A DNA stretch of 64,000 bases. It comes from Phallusia mammillata. Lineage: Eukaryota. Below the pieces are notes generated by a model that had not been told where the DNA came from, made no database searches, and saw nothing but the letters and a program-made list of their open reading frames with translations. This document shows, one piece after another, positions 35,601-48,304 of the stretch. The position numbers were made by a program, and so were the translations under genes. The first letter of the stretch is position 1, and the number at the start of each line of letters is the position of its first letter. The DNA lies in contig OZ281499.1 of NCBI GenBank assembly GCA_965637545.1, positions 16,306,001 to 16,370,000 of the forward strand. The letters are read 5' to 3'.

Positions 35601-38600
35601 GGGGAAGTAAGCATTTGTTTGTTTTTTGCCGGACAAATTGCCAAGTTTTAATGTCTGCCTTGTGATAGACATTTTTCTGTTTGTATATTCGTAAAAACCT
35701 ATTGTCGTTTTATGAAGTTGGAGAGTAATTTAACGGTTACTTTTTAACAAATCGAACATTTTCAGCATAGCATTTGTAAACTGGCGCAAAACATTGGTTT
35801 AGATACCAAACAGCATTGGTTTTTATTCTCAGGTTATAACAAAGCATAACGTTTTTTTATGTTACCACTAAAACTAAACTGTCGATGCGAACATTTCTTT
35901 TTAGTTGAACTGGCTGACAACTTTCAAGCTTATGATCTTGTCTCATCCCATTAGCGAATCAACCGTTGTGCAAGTATGGAATGTAAATTATCTCAAAAAT
36001 CTTCAGGTATTGATCAAGGAAGCTGGAAAAAGGTAAACCATTTTTCAAAAAAACAAAAAAATCCATTTTTAAAGGTTGGTTTGTTAAAGCTTATAATATT
36101 ACTTACAGCTCCTGATTAACTAATACAAAATAGCCTCATTAAAAATAATACAAATCCACTGTAGTATTTAGCCATTGTGGTACACAGATGGCCCGATTTT
36201 GGTAATAAAAGCGAACAAGGATTTTGTTGTTTAACGTAAGAAACTAGGAAAATCTACTAACACCATACCTCACAGCAGACCCACATTTAGCTAATTTTCG
36301 ATAGTTGTCGTAAAGAGCACTTTATCTCTAACAATGCTCATGGTTAGGGCTATTGTGGTTGTGATAAGGTATTAGCGTTCAAAATTAAATAAAACTAGCA
36401 ATAGGACTTAGTTTCTATAATGATTTTTTTAAACCTACTTCATATCCGCAAAATAAAAAATTCAGCTCTTCGCGCCACTTACCGAAAATTACCTAAATGT
36501 GGGTCTGTCGTGAGGTATGGTGTTCTAGCAGCTCTACCAAGAAACTATATGCTTGTGATTTTAACCGTTGTATACAAGGGTGTTGCCTTGAGCTTTTGTT
36601 GCAAAATTACCTAATGAAAGTAAAAGTTAAAATGTGGATCTGCGGTCTTGTGCATTTGCGGTATACCAGCATTCTTACAAATAAGCACATGTATATAATT
36701 GTACTTGAAACTCAAACGAATTCATTAACTTTACAGGACAGTGCAGAACTACATGATGTGGCGTATAGTGAAACACAGAATCAAGAACCTGAGCTTAAGG
36801 TTTCAGAAAAGATACTTGCGGTACGAAGAAGCGATGGTGGGTAAAAGATCGCTTCCAACACGAAAGTACAAGTGCGCTGACAACATGATTTACACGATGA
36901 AGGGAGCTACTAGCAAACTCTTTATCGACAAATACTTTTCGCCAGCCAAAAAGAAGGCGGTAAGTTACACACAGTGTTAGAAAACTTTTGTACTCTCTTA
37001 CGGATGATCTTCAGAATTAAGTTTCAAAGTTAAGTACGATGAATCATAGTCGCCAGGCCTATATTATAGGAGTTGTACCGAGTCAGCTGGTCTCTTCAGT
37101 TCATGTTCATCTTAAGTATGATGAAGAAGTGTTTTCTTACCGCCTAATCATACCAGCTGGATTGTGTTTTATATATAGTTTTGACATGGTCAGTAATTGG
37201 CCAGTACGACATTGGTTAAGCACTGATTGCGTGTTTATGTCTTTACAGCTGTAAAATCAATGTTACTGTCAGAATTATAGAAAATGGCAAGAAAACGTTG
37301 CAGAGTAGCCTACTTTGGCTATTCGACTTTTGTCTAATAACTAACGCTGTTTTACGTGGTAATTTACAAACTTTAGGTTGGGCAGAAAATAGTTCTTGAA
37401 CCTCCCAATTAACTAAAAAGAACATTTTTGTCCTCCTAAATAAGTTTGAATCGAAAACATCCCGGGTATACAAAAGAAGTTACCAAGGTATACAAAAAAG
37501 TGAGCTCGGTTATATTAACACACCAAGGGTCTCTACCAAGTGATCTACACAAAATGGATTCGCATACTATTTAATCGCATACATTATACTGATCCATTTA
37601 CCAACGCTATATTGCCGCTAGACATTTGATCTCGCTTCGCCCCCGTTTCCTTATCACTCTGCCCTACGCGTTCAACATCCTTCTTATCGTAACAATCAGT
37701 TGGTGAACTCTGTTGACAGGACCAATATTTTGAAAAGCATGTGGTCAGAAAGCACAACACACTTCCAAAATTTGCTTTCGCTAAAAGCAATGCGATCAAA
37801 GCCTTGTTGGCAACAAAAGAAATTATTGTTTGAATTACGCGCAACAAACAACCCCTCAGAAGTAAATTCGATTTTTGGGTAAGTTAAAGCCCACAAAAGT
37901 TAAAATCTGTTCATACTCAAATTTAAAAAGGCATTAGTTTAAAAAAAAACATATTTGCAGTAGACTTTGATACACAAGTAAAAATAATATAGTCTAATAT
38001 GGATTGCAAGTGGTTTCGAATTGAGCCGTACCTGAAAGTAAAAGCACAAAACCAGGCCCAAGGCAATTGAAGTAGGCCCCAATCAATTCGGTTCTATTCA
38101 AACTTGAATGAAAAAGCTCACCTAGATTTACAACTCGAAAACTTATGTAAAATATAATATTATTCTTTGCGTTTAAAGTCAATTGTGACAACAGCTTGAC
38201 GATGTGTGTTACTTCACAGGCGCTCAGATTGTTTAACTTCATCCGAAAAGGTTTTATTCACCTTCTGGACTCCGAAGTTACATGGATGGACAAGGCCACA
38301 AAGGATTACGCAAAACGCAAAGCCCTCGCAATTACGGCTGATATTGGTTACAACCCAAAACTTTACAAAAACACAACTTACCTTGATGAACAAGTATCTC
38401 ACGTAAGTTGAATGCATAAGCATATACCTTGCACAAAACTGGTTACTGATGTGTACTGCATCAGTGGTCGGCAACCGCCGGTCAGCGGCCCGGTGCCGGT
38501 CTGCGAGGAGTTTGTTACCTGGCCATATATATTTTCAGGCTAAATACTTTAAAACATTTTGCCCATGTATTCCGGGGATAATAAACTAATTTCGTCGTTT

Positions 38601-41600
38601 TGCTGAATATTTTTAGCTTTTTGAACGCCGGACCGCGATAATTTTTCAGGTTAAAAAACGGTCCTTTTTTTAAAAAAAGGGTTGCCGATCCCTGTACTAC
38701 ATTATCAAAGAAATATTTGCGTTTTGAATGCCCAGACCGGTTCCAAATCCTAAAATAACGCCTGGCCTTTGCATAGTAGGGCTGCTACGTTTAGTAATGG
38801 TTTGCGGTAAAAGACATAATGAAACTTCCATTCGTAAAATAGTAGGTTACCCCCTAAAAATCATGATACAGCATAGCTTCAGTAAAGACAAAAAACGCAA
38901 CCTTGGTAGGCTATACTCGACGTATCTGGTCAGGCAAATAGGTCAAATATTACAGATTTAAGTACGTATATAAATAGTCAAGAAATGTTAAATATATTCA
39001 AATTCTATGCTTTTGCGTTAACGTTCTCAATTATTTCTACAGTTGAAAGTAGAAAAGTGGGATTACTTCGGTAACACACTTCGTATACTGACAAGCATCG
39101 CACAGGATAAATTTAAACTCATTGGAAAACCTTATAATGCTTCCATTGATGCTTTTACCACAAGGCCATCGATGGTGAATGCCTTCTACAGTCCAACACA
39201 CAACAGAATCAGTAAGTTAACTACACAGATATATGTAAATTTTGCAATTCATTTGGTAGGTCATTTGAAATGCACCTTATTGAGTTTAATTTTACATTGG
39301 TCTTTACTGCGTCCTAAGTGTAATGAAGGTACATGGTCTGGGCGACTGGCAATTAACTGTTTCAAACATTTAATGGAATTTATCTATTTTCAATCACGAC
39401 CCGCTCAACGTTTTCAGTTCTTGATGTGTATGAAAATGTTTTAGTACGCTTGAAACATATAGCTTGAGCATATGTAAATTAGGTTTTGAATATTTATATT
39501 TCTTTCTTTGTGTAGCTCTTCCCGCTGGTGAGATGCAATATCCGTTTTACTGGGGTGACAAGTTTCCAAGGTGAAGAAATAATCAGCTACTGTCGTTTGC
39601 ACTTAATCTCTTTACATGCTATTAAAAATATACTTTCAAAATACTTTTCAAAATTTTATTTAACTTCATGTAAAAACAAGTACATTAAAATCAAAATTAT
39701 AACCTCCCAGTTCATTCCTTTGGTGGATGAAGACTAAATAGCCTTATATCTATTGATTTAAGTTCAAAAAACGTCATTTTGTCCTTTAGCATCTTTAGTA
39801 TCTGTAAGCAAGTGTAAACAATTCATTATTATGAAAAACAACTGTAACATTTTTATTGCATAGAACGTTTAAGTCAAACAGGCCAGACTTAAATTAAACA
39901 GGCGAGACTTAACCAGTCTTTACGGTCGATGCTTGTACAGATTCAAACCATTTTCACATCAACGCGTTTTTTTAGTATGTTTCAGTTTGGTGCCATTGGA
40001 ACCATTCTAGGGCACGAGTTAACTCATGGCTTCGATAACACTGGTCGTCAGTACGATTTGTATGGACATCTGAACAATTGGTGGAGTGCAGCCTCTTTGG
40101 CGCAGTTTAAACAGAGGACATCTTGTATGGTGCATCAGTACAGTAACTTCTTCTCTGAGTCAGCCGGCATGAACGTAAGTGTATAGCTGCTAATGGCTTG
40201 AGATAAAGTGGTTGAAGGCTTATTTATCATGATAAGCTCCAATCCTTTGTATGTCGCACCCTAAACAGTACAGGACATAAATGAATAAGTTATAAGTTAG
40301 CTGAACAATAACAAAAATAACTTTAAGAAGTAAAGTCAAAACATGTTTGCCAAAATCACCAAATTGTTTTTCAGCTAAACGGAGCTCAAGAACTAGGAGA
40401 AAATATTGCTGACAACGGTGGCATTAGAGAGTCATTCAAGGTATCTTGTTTATTCTATACTGCGTGAATTTGTTATGTGATATAACATTTATGTCCTTTA
40501 CACTTATGTCTTTGTTTCAGGGTTATCATCTTTGGCTGAAATCAAAAGGCCTAACCGGAGAGCAAATTGAACCGACGACCGGATTTACAAATGATCAAAT
40601 GTTTTTTGTCGGTTTTGCGAACGTAAGTAGCGTACTCGGTGATACAGTTTTTTGAAGTTTATATAGGTACTATCTCAAAATGTACTAAATAAGGACAGTA
40701 CTTGCAGGATTCGGTGACATCAAAAATTGAACAACAAAAATACATCTAAGATAAACTCTTGGGTTCATTTGTTTACTGTCGAAAACGGGTTTCGTTCCAA
40801 AATATGTAGCATGTTGATAAAAAGCTGGCAAAATAAACGTTAAAAGTGTCGTAAACGCAATCCACTTTGACAAGTAATTTTTTGAGTTTTTACCTGTGTT
40901 TTTTAAAAATATCATACAATGATTTCTTTTCGAACATTTCCTCAAAAATATGTTACCAGGTTCGATGCGGGAAAGCGACACATGCTGGCGCTGTTCATTC
41001 TATCGTAAAAGACGTGCACAGTCCAGGTCGATTCAGGTGAGGCTAAAGATATAATCTGCCATTAAACCTAATGAGTAACTACATTGTCTAAAAGTGCTGT
41101 GAACACAACGTGCTTGATTTAGTGGTTTGCCGAAAACTTCAATTTACTTTTTTAGTTATATTGTCAAAAACGCAACTTTACCGACACCTTTAACATTACA
41201 AAAACACAGCTTAGTTATTTGTCCTTTTGTTGATAATCATCCTGACTAAAAAGTAAAGGCAAAGAGGTGTGAATTAATCCCACAACTAAAGAATAATCCA
41301 CTACCTTCTTAAAAACTTATTTGATTTTAAAATCCTTTCTGGACATCTTTGCAGCACAATAATAAATCAGTGTTTTTACTGAAAAACTTATTTTTTTTAT
41401 TGTTATTTCTAGTCTTTAAAGCCATGAATGTAGAGAAAATGTGTTTCTGAACTTCACAACTGAACATATAAGTACGTAACTAACCAATACATTACACTTA
41501 CAGGGTAATAGGTTCTTTGCAGAATTTCGCCCAGTTCTCCAAAACTTTCAACTGCCCGTCTGGTTCCTACATGAACCCCGTAAAGAAGTGTATTATTTGG

Positions 41601-41603
41601 TAA
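29683..41603 (+). CDS. PHEX: PHEX-like M13 zinc endopeptidase, paralog 2 (signal peptide + acidic segment + furin site + Sushi-like module + M13 domain); 20 exons, 923 aa
   Basis: Exons 29683-29820, 30847-31177, 31433-31571, 33221-33327, 33500-33562, 33627-33788, 33954-34037, 34338-34534, 35056-35115, 35418-35606, 35905-36032, 36737-36959, 38220-38402, 39043-39211, 39516-39570, 39976-40174, 40375-40440, 40521-40622, 40960-41036, 41504-41603 total 2772 nt in frame. 15 of 20 exons have the same length as in paralog 1. Motifs: [37 protein letters not shown] (HELTH 40013-40027), [31 protein letters not shown]. The symbol means PHEX-like. Confidence 0.94.
31951..32185 (+). mobile_element. hAT (Charlie-like) MITE, 235 bp, intron 3 of paralog 2
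   Basis: 15-bp TIRs caggggtcggcaacc / ggttgccgaccactg (one mismatch). Perfect 8-bp TSD cactagaa (31943-31950, 32186-32193). Confidence 0.93.
33324..33363 (+). repeat. Exact 20-bp tandem duplication spanning the exon 4 splice donor of paralog 2
   Basis: gctggtttgtgtgacttcta x2. GT donors at 33328 and 33348. Confidence 0.95.
38462..38694 (-). mobile_element. Second copy of the 31951 MITE family, inverted, intron 13 of paralog 2
   Basis: TIRs cagtggtcggcaacc / ggttgccgatccctg. TSD tactgcat / tactacat. Its reverse complement aligns end to end with 31951-32185 (shared aaattagttt.t.at.ccc, atacatgg.caaaatgttttaaa, aactcctcgc). Confidence 0.9.
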
Positions 41604-43163
41604 CATGGTGCAAGTGAAATATTATAGGGTTTTTGTTTTCCAAATCACATTTGCACGTGTACTATGATTGAAATGACTTTGTGTCATTCCCACGCACAAT
41701 ATAGCATATTATTTGCCTGTATGCAACCCCTAAATAGTAAAACGGAAATATACAAGTTTTTTGCCTATCGACAATCTACCTTCTTTGAATGTAACAGAAT
41801 CCTAATATCTGTTTTTCATTTTCTTTGATCACCAATACACGAAATGGGTTTGCTTTAAACTGAAATTGAACTTTTGGAATTTTGTTTGCACCTTTAAGAT
41901 CTTGTCTCCTAAGAAATAGCGCCAATAGCCTCAAACCAATTTGTATGGGGGGTAAACACGGAATTCTATGTTTGCAAGCAATCGTAGCAAATGTGGTTTG
42001 TACAATTTTGAAAAAGGCTAGAGGTCAAATAAATTAAATGATATCCCGACCGTTTTTTTTCCAAATTTCCTAAAAAAACACCAGTAAATACAATATGGTA
42101 ATAGTCTTTTTTAGTTACTTTGTTGATAAAAGACGTTTTTTTTAAAAAAATGTTTTTTTTAAAATGTTGTTTTAAACCAATTTAACTTTGCTTGTATTCA
42201 TCATAGTATTTGCCGTGGAAAGCTTTACCACTGAACAAATTAATATGTACCCTGAGTTTCAAAAATGTATTTCTTTGTGTCGCCAAGGAACTATTTGCAT
42301 TCGTATTTAATTATTTATCTTGCCACTTGGGAATTTTGTCATCATGCAATTTATTGTTAAAATGGCTTCGTGCAATTTATTTGTTAAATTTGCTTTGAAA
42401 CCTTGTTCTTCATTTTTAAAGATAATTTATTACTTAGGATAAATCGTGTTGTTATGAAGTATGTGAAATCTATTTACTATGGCATTGTTATTTTTATTTT
42501 CTGTGTGTTTTTGAGACAACAAAATGATTTAAGCGTCCAAGAAATCGAGAAAATACAAAGATTCAACGGTATATTATCGCCCATATTTGGTTTCTTTGAA
42601 GTACAAGAGAATGCTTATCAACATTGTCACGTTTACTGATGATGCACTTGAATCATCAATCTTTATTGTTATGCCTCTTATTGGTTCTGCTGCAATAACG
42701 GACCGTTAGTATCCAAACGAAACTTGTATTAAAATATTAAAAGAATGAAAGCGATGCCAAAAGCAACACAGATATATCAGATGAAACACATAGCTTGTTC
42801 AACACCAACTGCCCGCTTCCAAGACTTGCTGGGCCACATCTCTTTTATAATTCGCTACAGCGACGTAACATAGATTAGTATGATGTCAGAGAACGATACC
42901 AAAATAAAAACGTAACAGTATTTTAAACAAAAACAGCCGACCACACCTCACGTCAAGCTTGACCCCAACTGAGTCTTTGTACATTCGTTGGGCCATGCAT
43001 GCTGTAAAAATGACTTGTAATGCAGGTTTTGGCAATAAACGAGATATCTAAGTTATTAAACCTGTAACACAAGGTGTATTTTTTTCTAAAAGTCATGTTT
43101 ATAACGCAGGCCTCATATAATCGTTAAACTTATGTTTCCTGTTCGGTAACACCGACTCCACAC

Positions 43164-43475
43164 CAGAGTTGCAAGCGGGCCCGAAATCTGAGCCCGAACC
43201 TTTGATTGACAGGCCTATCCACGAAAGCCTTGCAACAAAGGATGAGAAAGAAAAAAGAGAAAGACAACAAACACAATGAACAATAGTAGACAATGGGGTA
43301 AACAATACGTTTCAGAGTAGAGTGGTCATTAGGTCAAAGCCAGAGACTTGTTACTTAGCTGAGCGATTTTATTTAAAAACACGGAACGTAAAGTCAGGCC
43401 CGTTTTAAGCCCGTTATCTCACAAATACCTAAGCCCGAACCCGGCCCGAAAAGTCCGGCCCGACTTGCAACTCTG
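43164..43475 (+). mobile_element. hAT MITE, 312 bp
   Basis: TIRs cagagttgcaag / cttgcaactctg. Perfect 8-bp TSD ctccacac (43156-43163, 43476-43483). GCCCGA subterminal repeats. Confidence 0.93.
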
Positions 43476-45765
43476 CTCCACACACCGCACACCACAATAA
43501 CACTAAACTTAGTTTGCCTTCAAACCGCAGCAAATATTATCACCCACCGCAACACCTGTGTCAGAGTAAACAGTTGTAGCAGACTGCGAAGGATTGACGG
43601 GAAAAAAAGGAGTAAAGATCCTTTGTTTCATAACATTTTTTTGTAAAAGGGTAATAGTTTGGATTTTTACTCAGTGTTCACAAACCTTACAACTATCGGT
43701 ACCTGCAAACATTAATACATTTTTGCCCAAGTGCGTCTGTTATTTTTGATAATTGTGTGACAAAAATGGTAATGATAAAAGTATTTAGAATAACTGATGA
43801 CTACATATAAAATACGACACTTTTTTCTTAAATAACATTTTTTCACAGCTTTAAGCTACTAATTTTGTGCACAAGTTGTTATCTTTAAAAAATATTTTAC
43901 CTGCGAATTTTTGAGTTTAAGTTCTTTTTGAAAGTTAATGTTTTACTTTACTTAAAGCACATAGCTTAATAGAGAATCTAAGTGAATCACAAAACACCAC
44001 AAAGCAAGATATAGTTTAGGAAATTAGTTATAAGTTCTTTAAAATTCATTGGGCCATAAGGAAAAAAAATTATGAGTAACCCCCCTTGAAAAACTCTCAA
44101 CTATATACGTTTGCTTCATATGTTCAAAACACCCTCTTACTTGGGTGATATCAGCCCCTGTCATAATCATAAGAAAACAAGGGTATCAGGTATGTAATGG
44201 GTTCACAATGCACGAAGCGAAAGAGCTAATATTTGTTGCTTAGATACGAACCTGTCTTATCAGTGTACATTATGAGTTGATGCCGCTTTGCTCAGTGGTA
44301 AGCAATTATTGCTTCAGTTTCTTTAAAAGCTGTTTTTCAGTTTAGCACATTTTTATTATGTAGACATTTTTTACAGCTGTTGAAATGAAATGTGTTGGAC
44401 TGCGTTTAGTGGCAAGATGCCTTGTAAGCATTGTTTTAGTCCGATTTTTTACAATATAAAGGCAACCGAAGGGACAAAATGAAAAACGGATATAAACCTA
44501 TTCTGTAAACATACTCTAACTTATGTAATGTATGATGTCAAAAAAGATTGTTTAGACAATTTGCTTTCTGTTTTCTTTACGGGGACTAGAACATCTTTGT
44601 TTTGCCTTTTTAATGAATGTCTGTCAGCTGGCTTTAACCATTTAACGCAAATTGAAACTGGGGAGCACAGGTCATGTGACTAAGCATAAAATCGAATCAG
44701 GAAATTTAATCAGTGGCCACGGAATTCAGGGGAAAGGAATTCAGATTTTTAAATCAAATTATGTTTGTTTACCTTGTGTAAAGGCATTTTACTGGAATGT
44801 TTCGTTGATGGAACCAAAATTCATCAGCAACCTTTTAAAAAAATTCAGCATTTTTTTTCTTTTGTTCTGGGTGTTCATGTATTTAACACAGATTACTTGT
44901 CAGAATCATTTGTCTAAATTTAGTTTCGCGTTTGCCCAAAATAGGCCAGATCAATAAAAACGTGGCGTAATCACGTTCGCATTAATGATATCATTTTCTA
45001 CTTACTTAAAGTAGGTAATTAACGGAAATTTACTTTCGTTTATTTCTGATGTGACTTAAATCACGTACCACATTCTGCTATACACTGCAATTGGAAGTAT
45101 TGAGACCATTAGACCCTATTCCGATTAGTTAATGCAAAAAACAATAATGTTTTTTCCCAACCCCTTATTTCAGGATAAAATATAATTTAATCCCCTTGAG
45201 GTTAATATTTGTCGATTTTCCTGTCATTTTGCACATGGGAAATCTGGCATATGGCTGAGGTTTTTATAATACAATCTTCAATTTTGTAAAGATAAATTGA
45301 TTTAACAATTAAAGTCCCCCGTGAATTTCGGTTTATCCGCTGACTCATTCTAATTTAGTTTTGCGGACAGGCTATGAAATATTTTAACCAATCTGGAATG
45401 AAAAACTCCATATAATTAAAGCTTACTACGTGCGCTATGTAGTGTTGCCTAAACGCGAATTAAGCTATAAAAGTCTTCCACAAAACTGATAGGAGTAGAA
45501 GAGGTAAAATATGTATTGTATGTAGAACTGGAATTCCAACACGTTTCAGGCGAGACAATTCTTATGTTTACTTAAACCACTTTGCACTCCGGAGGACAGA
45601 ACGTCTTTGTGCAGTAAATTGTTTCGCTTTTGAAGCATAAACATGCATTACCTAAGCAGGTTATCTAATGAGCTTCGTGCATTTAACTATTGAAACGTTG
45701 CATCATGAAGAAACAGCTTTGCATCGTGAAGAAACTTTTTGCAGTCAATTGTAGCATTTTCGTGT

Positions 45766-45935
45766 TAACTTGCGTTGGTCGTCAAAGAAACAACATGCTC
45801 ATAGTTCACACGAAAAGAAAAAAATAATTTTAAAATACCAGGCAGAATTATTAACTCGTGTTGGTCGTAAAAGAAACAAAATGTTTATAGTTTACCCGAA
45901 ACGAAAAAAATAATAAATATAGAATCTCAGGCAGA
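45766..45935. repeat. Diverged tandem duplication, ~85 bp x2
   Basis: ttaact..gttggtcgt.aaagaaacaa.atg.t.atagtt.ac.cgaaa.gaaaaaaataat...caggcaga begins at 45766 and 45851. Confidence 0.85.
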
Positions 45936-47161
45936 TAAGTTAAGAGAATGGTGTGAAAGGCTCTTAAAATCTTACATGAGAACACCCTCATATTTTGTTA
46001 GAAGTTTTAACACCAATTCAACAGATACAGTAGATAGTTAGGATTGCATTTGAAATCATTATATTTGTAATGTTTGAATACGTTTTGAACTTTGCTTTGC
46101 AACATATAATGAAAATTAGGAGATATATGGCCCAAAGCGTCTACATCTACAACATAAGCCATTATATACGTACAACTATAGAGAAAAAACAGGCGTTACA
46201 AAAGGAGAGATTTCAGTATATTGGCGATAAATTAAGTGAGCTGCATTACATAGGGAGTTAAAGGTTTTAAAACCAGAGGACATTTTTGTGGTTTGTGTGT
46301 TTGTTTACAAAATGCTTGCGATAAGGCCCAAAGTTTTGACCTTATCGATTCCGGTAATAAGGGAATGTTTCATACGCAAGCTGTAGGAATTTCAAGCCAA
46401 TTAGGTTTTGATGCTTGAAATAATACAAAGTGTGTTGTTGTTTTACGACTAGTGTTATGAAAGTATTTATTTATTCCAAAATAATTTTCTGTTTAGTAAC
46501 GTTTGCAAGTGCTGCGCCACCAAATAAGCCGTTTTGTTTCGTTAAGTATCAGTTTAGAATCGCTTTTGATTTAACTCATAGTTTTTAGGTTTTTATACAT
46601 GTGCATTTATTTTACTCACATAGAATCTTTTAATTTCACATTAAAACTCTAAGAAGTAGTCATATAATTACTTTAAACAGTAGAACCGAAACCCTATAAA
46701 AAGGCAGCCACAAGCTTAAACTTAGTAGGTCTTGCTTGAATGTAACAACAAAATGCAGCCACAAACTAAAGTATGTTAGCACACACTCTGCTATTAACCG
46801 CAACACAACCCCATATAAGACTGTAACCTTGTTAGCCAATGTGCCAAATAAAGAACCAGTAAAAGATACACCACTGTGCAAATCAAACATTAACTATGAC
46901 AGGCACTCGGGCTAAGGGTAAACAAGGATGCTTGCGTTGTAAACCAAGATTTGCTAACGTATGGCAGAAGTAAGGGAAGTAGGGTGAAATATTTGACGAG
47001 TTCATAACACACAGTTAATTTCCTTCGCCAGGTTATATGGGAAAAAAGGAAAAAACTACTAAACGAAAAACGTCAAATTTAAATCATATGGTATGTCCTT
47101 GGTCTGATTTTCTTAACCAAGTACTCACACAGGTTTCTTTTAAAAGTAAGTATTAAAAGTA

Positions 47162-47346
47162 CATTAAACCTCGGTTTAACCGGACCTGTTTGGACCCAAT
47201 AAATTGTCCGTACTAGGCAAAGACCGGAATTTTCCGATGTCGATTAGTTCAAGCCTTACTACATTACAAATCATTTGTATCTCGAGTTTTGTCCAAATTA
47301 GGCAAAAATCGGGATGAACCGAATCAGGTTTAACCGAGGTTTACTG
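47162..47346. mobile_element. Tc1/mariner (pogo/Tigger-like) MITE, 185 bp
   Basis: 20-bp TIRs cattaaacctcggtttaacc / ggtttaaccgaggtttactg (18/20 match), with TA on both flanks (47160-47161, 47347-47348). Confidence 0.85.
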
Positions 47347-48161
47347 TATTGCAAACATTAAAAAGGGCTTAGTTTGCGGCACCTTTCCGTTCATATAAAG
47401 CCACTGATTACCAACTGTTTTTAACATATGACAATATATTTTGAAAGTTGAAATCAAACGTAGAGCCTAATACAATCACGAACTTCTTTATGCCAGAGTC
47501 ATCAGAGTTTTTCTTGGCGACAAATTAAAACCACTCGGGATTTCAGGCATTTTTTTGTCGTAGACAGATTAGCGATTTGCCTTTTTCCCGTTACTCGCAT
47601 AAGTTGCGCGATAATTTTCCATTCGCCTATTTGAGTGGAAACGATCGGGCCATGAGGCACAATTCGTAGTAGCAACTGTAATACGTATTACATTCTTTCA
47701 GCATTATTAAAACAGTTTGCTGTGTTTGCAAGTTTACAAGGCTACTATAAAAGTTTATGTGAAAATGAATCAGAAAGAAAAACTATCTTTTATGTTTACT
47801 TTCAGAGCCTAGAACTTTCAGGAAACATAACTGCGCTAACGGCTAGTTTATAACGTCACAAAAAGTTTTAGTCACCTGACAAAAGCTTTGTCTTTTCTCA
47901 GTCACAAAAATGTAGTGCAAGATAGCAGCAACTTGAAATCTAGTTTGAACGTAGCGAAAACTTAATAGTGATTAAACTAACTTGTTTTCTTGTCAAGCAG
48001 GTAATCCATTTTTAAGTGGTGCCCTCTTTAGAACGTCTGTCAACGTTGAAATAAGGCTACACGAAAATCAGAACAGTATTGTGGTGCAGCTGCTGAGTCA
48101 AGTCCAAAACACAGATCGCATTTCGCTGAAAGCCGCTGGTTGAATGTCCAATGACAAGTAA

Positions 48162-48304
48162 ATGTCGAAACAAAACACAATTGCAGTGACGACGTGCGTT
48201 TGGCTGCTGATTCTATCAAGTCAACTTTTACTGGTTTCTTCAACAGCTATCAGAAAACGAAACCTACAACGAAGCTTCGTGGACAAAGCCTCACATTCCA
48301 TAAG
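48162..48304 (+). CDS. Probable first coding exon of an unidentified secreted or single-pass protein (3'-partial)
   Basis: Translates MSKQNTIAVTTCVWLLILSSQLLLVSSTAIRKRNLQRSFVDKASHSI(R/S): a signal-peptide-like n/h/c organisation followed by RKR. It ends at a good donor AAG|gtatgc (48305). Upstream there is a strong acceptor ctaac-ttgttttcttgtc-aagcag| ending at 48000. The unspliced ORF is 52 aa, below the ORF-track cutoff. No convincing second exon was found in the window. Confidence 0.6.

Noticed and set aside
37584-37847. Minus-strand intronic ORF resembling a prepropeptide (hydrophobic start, Cys, KK/KR)
   Set aside because: Starts at TTG with no ATG back to the upstream stop, and has no supporting splice acceptor.
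42400-43000. Short hydrophobic ORFs on both strands after paralog 2 (e.g. MKYVKSIYYGIV..., MAQRMYKD..., MWPSKSWK...)
   Set aside because: Fragmented by stops, no recognisable family and no M13 similarity, so not a third paralog.
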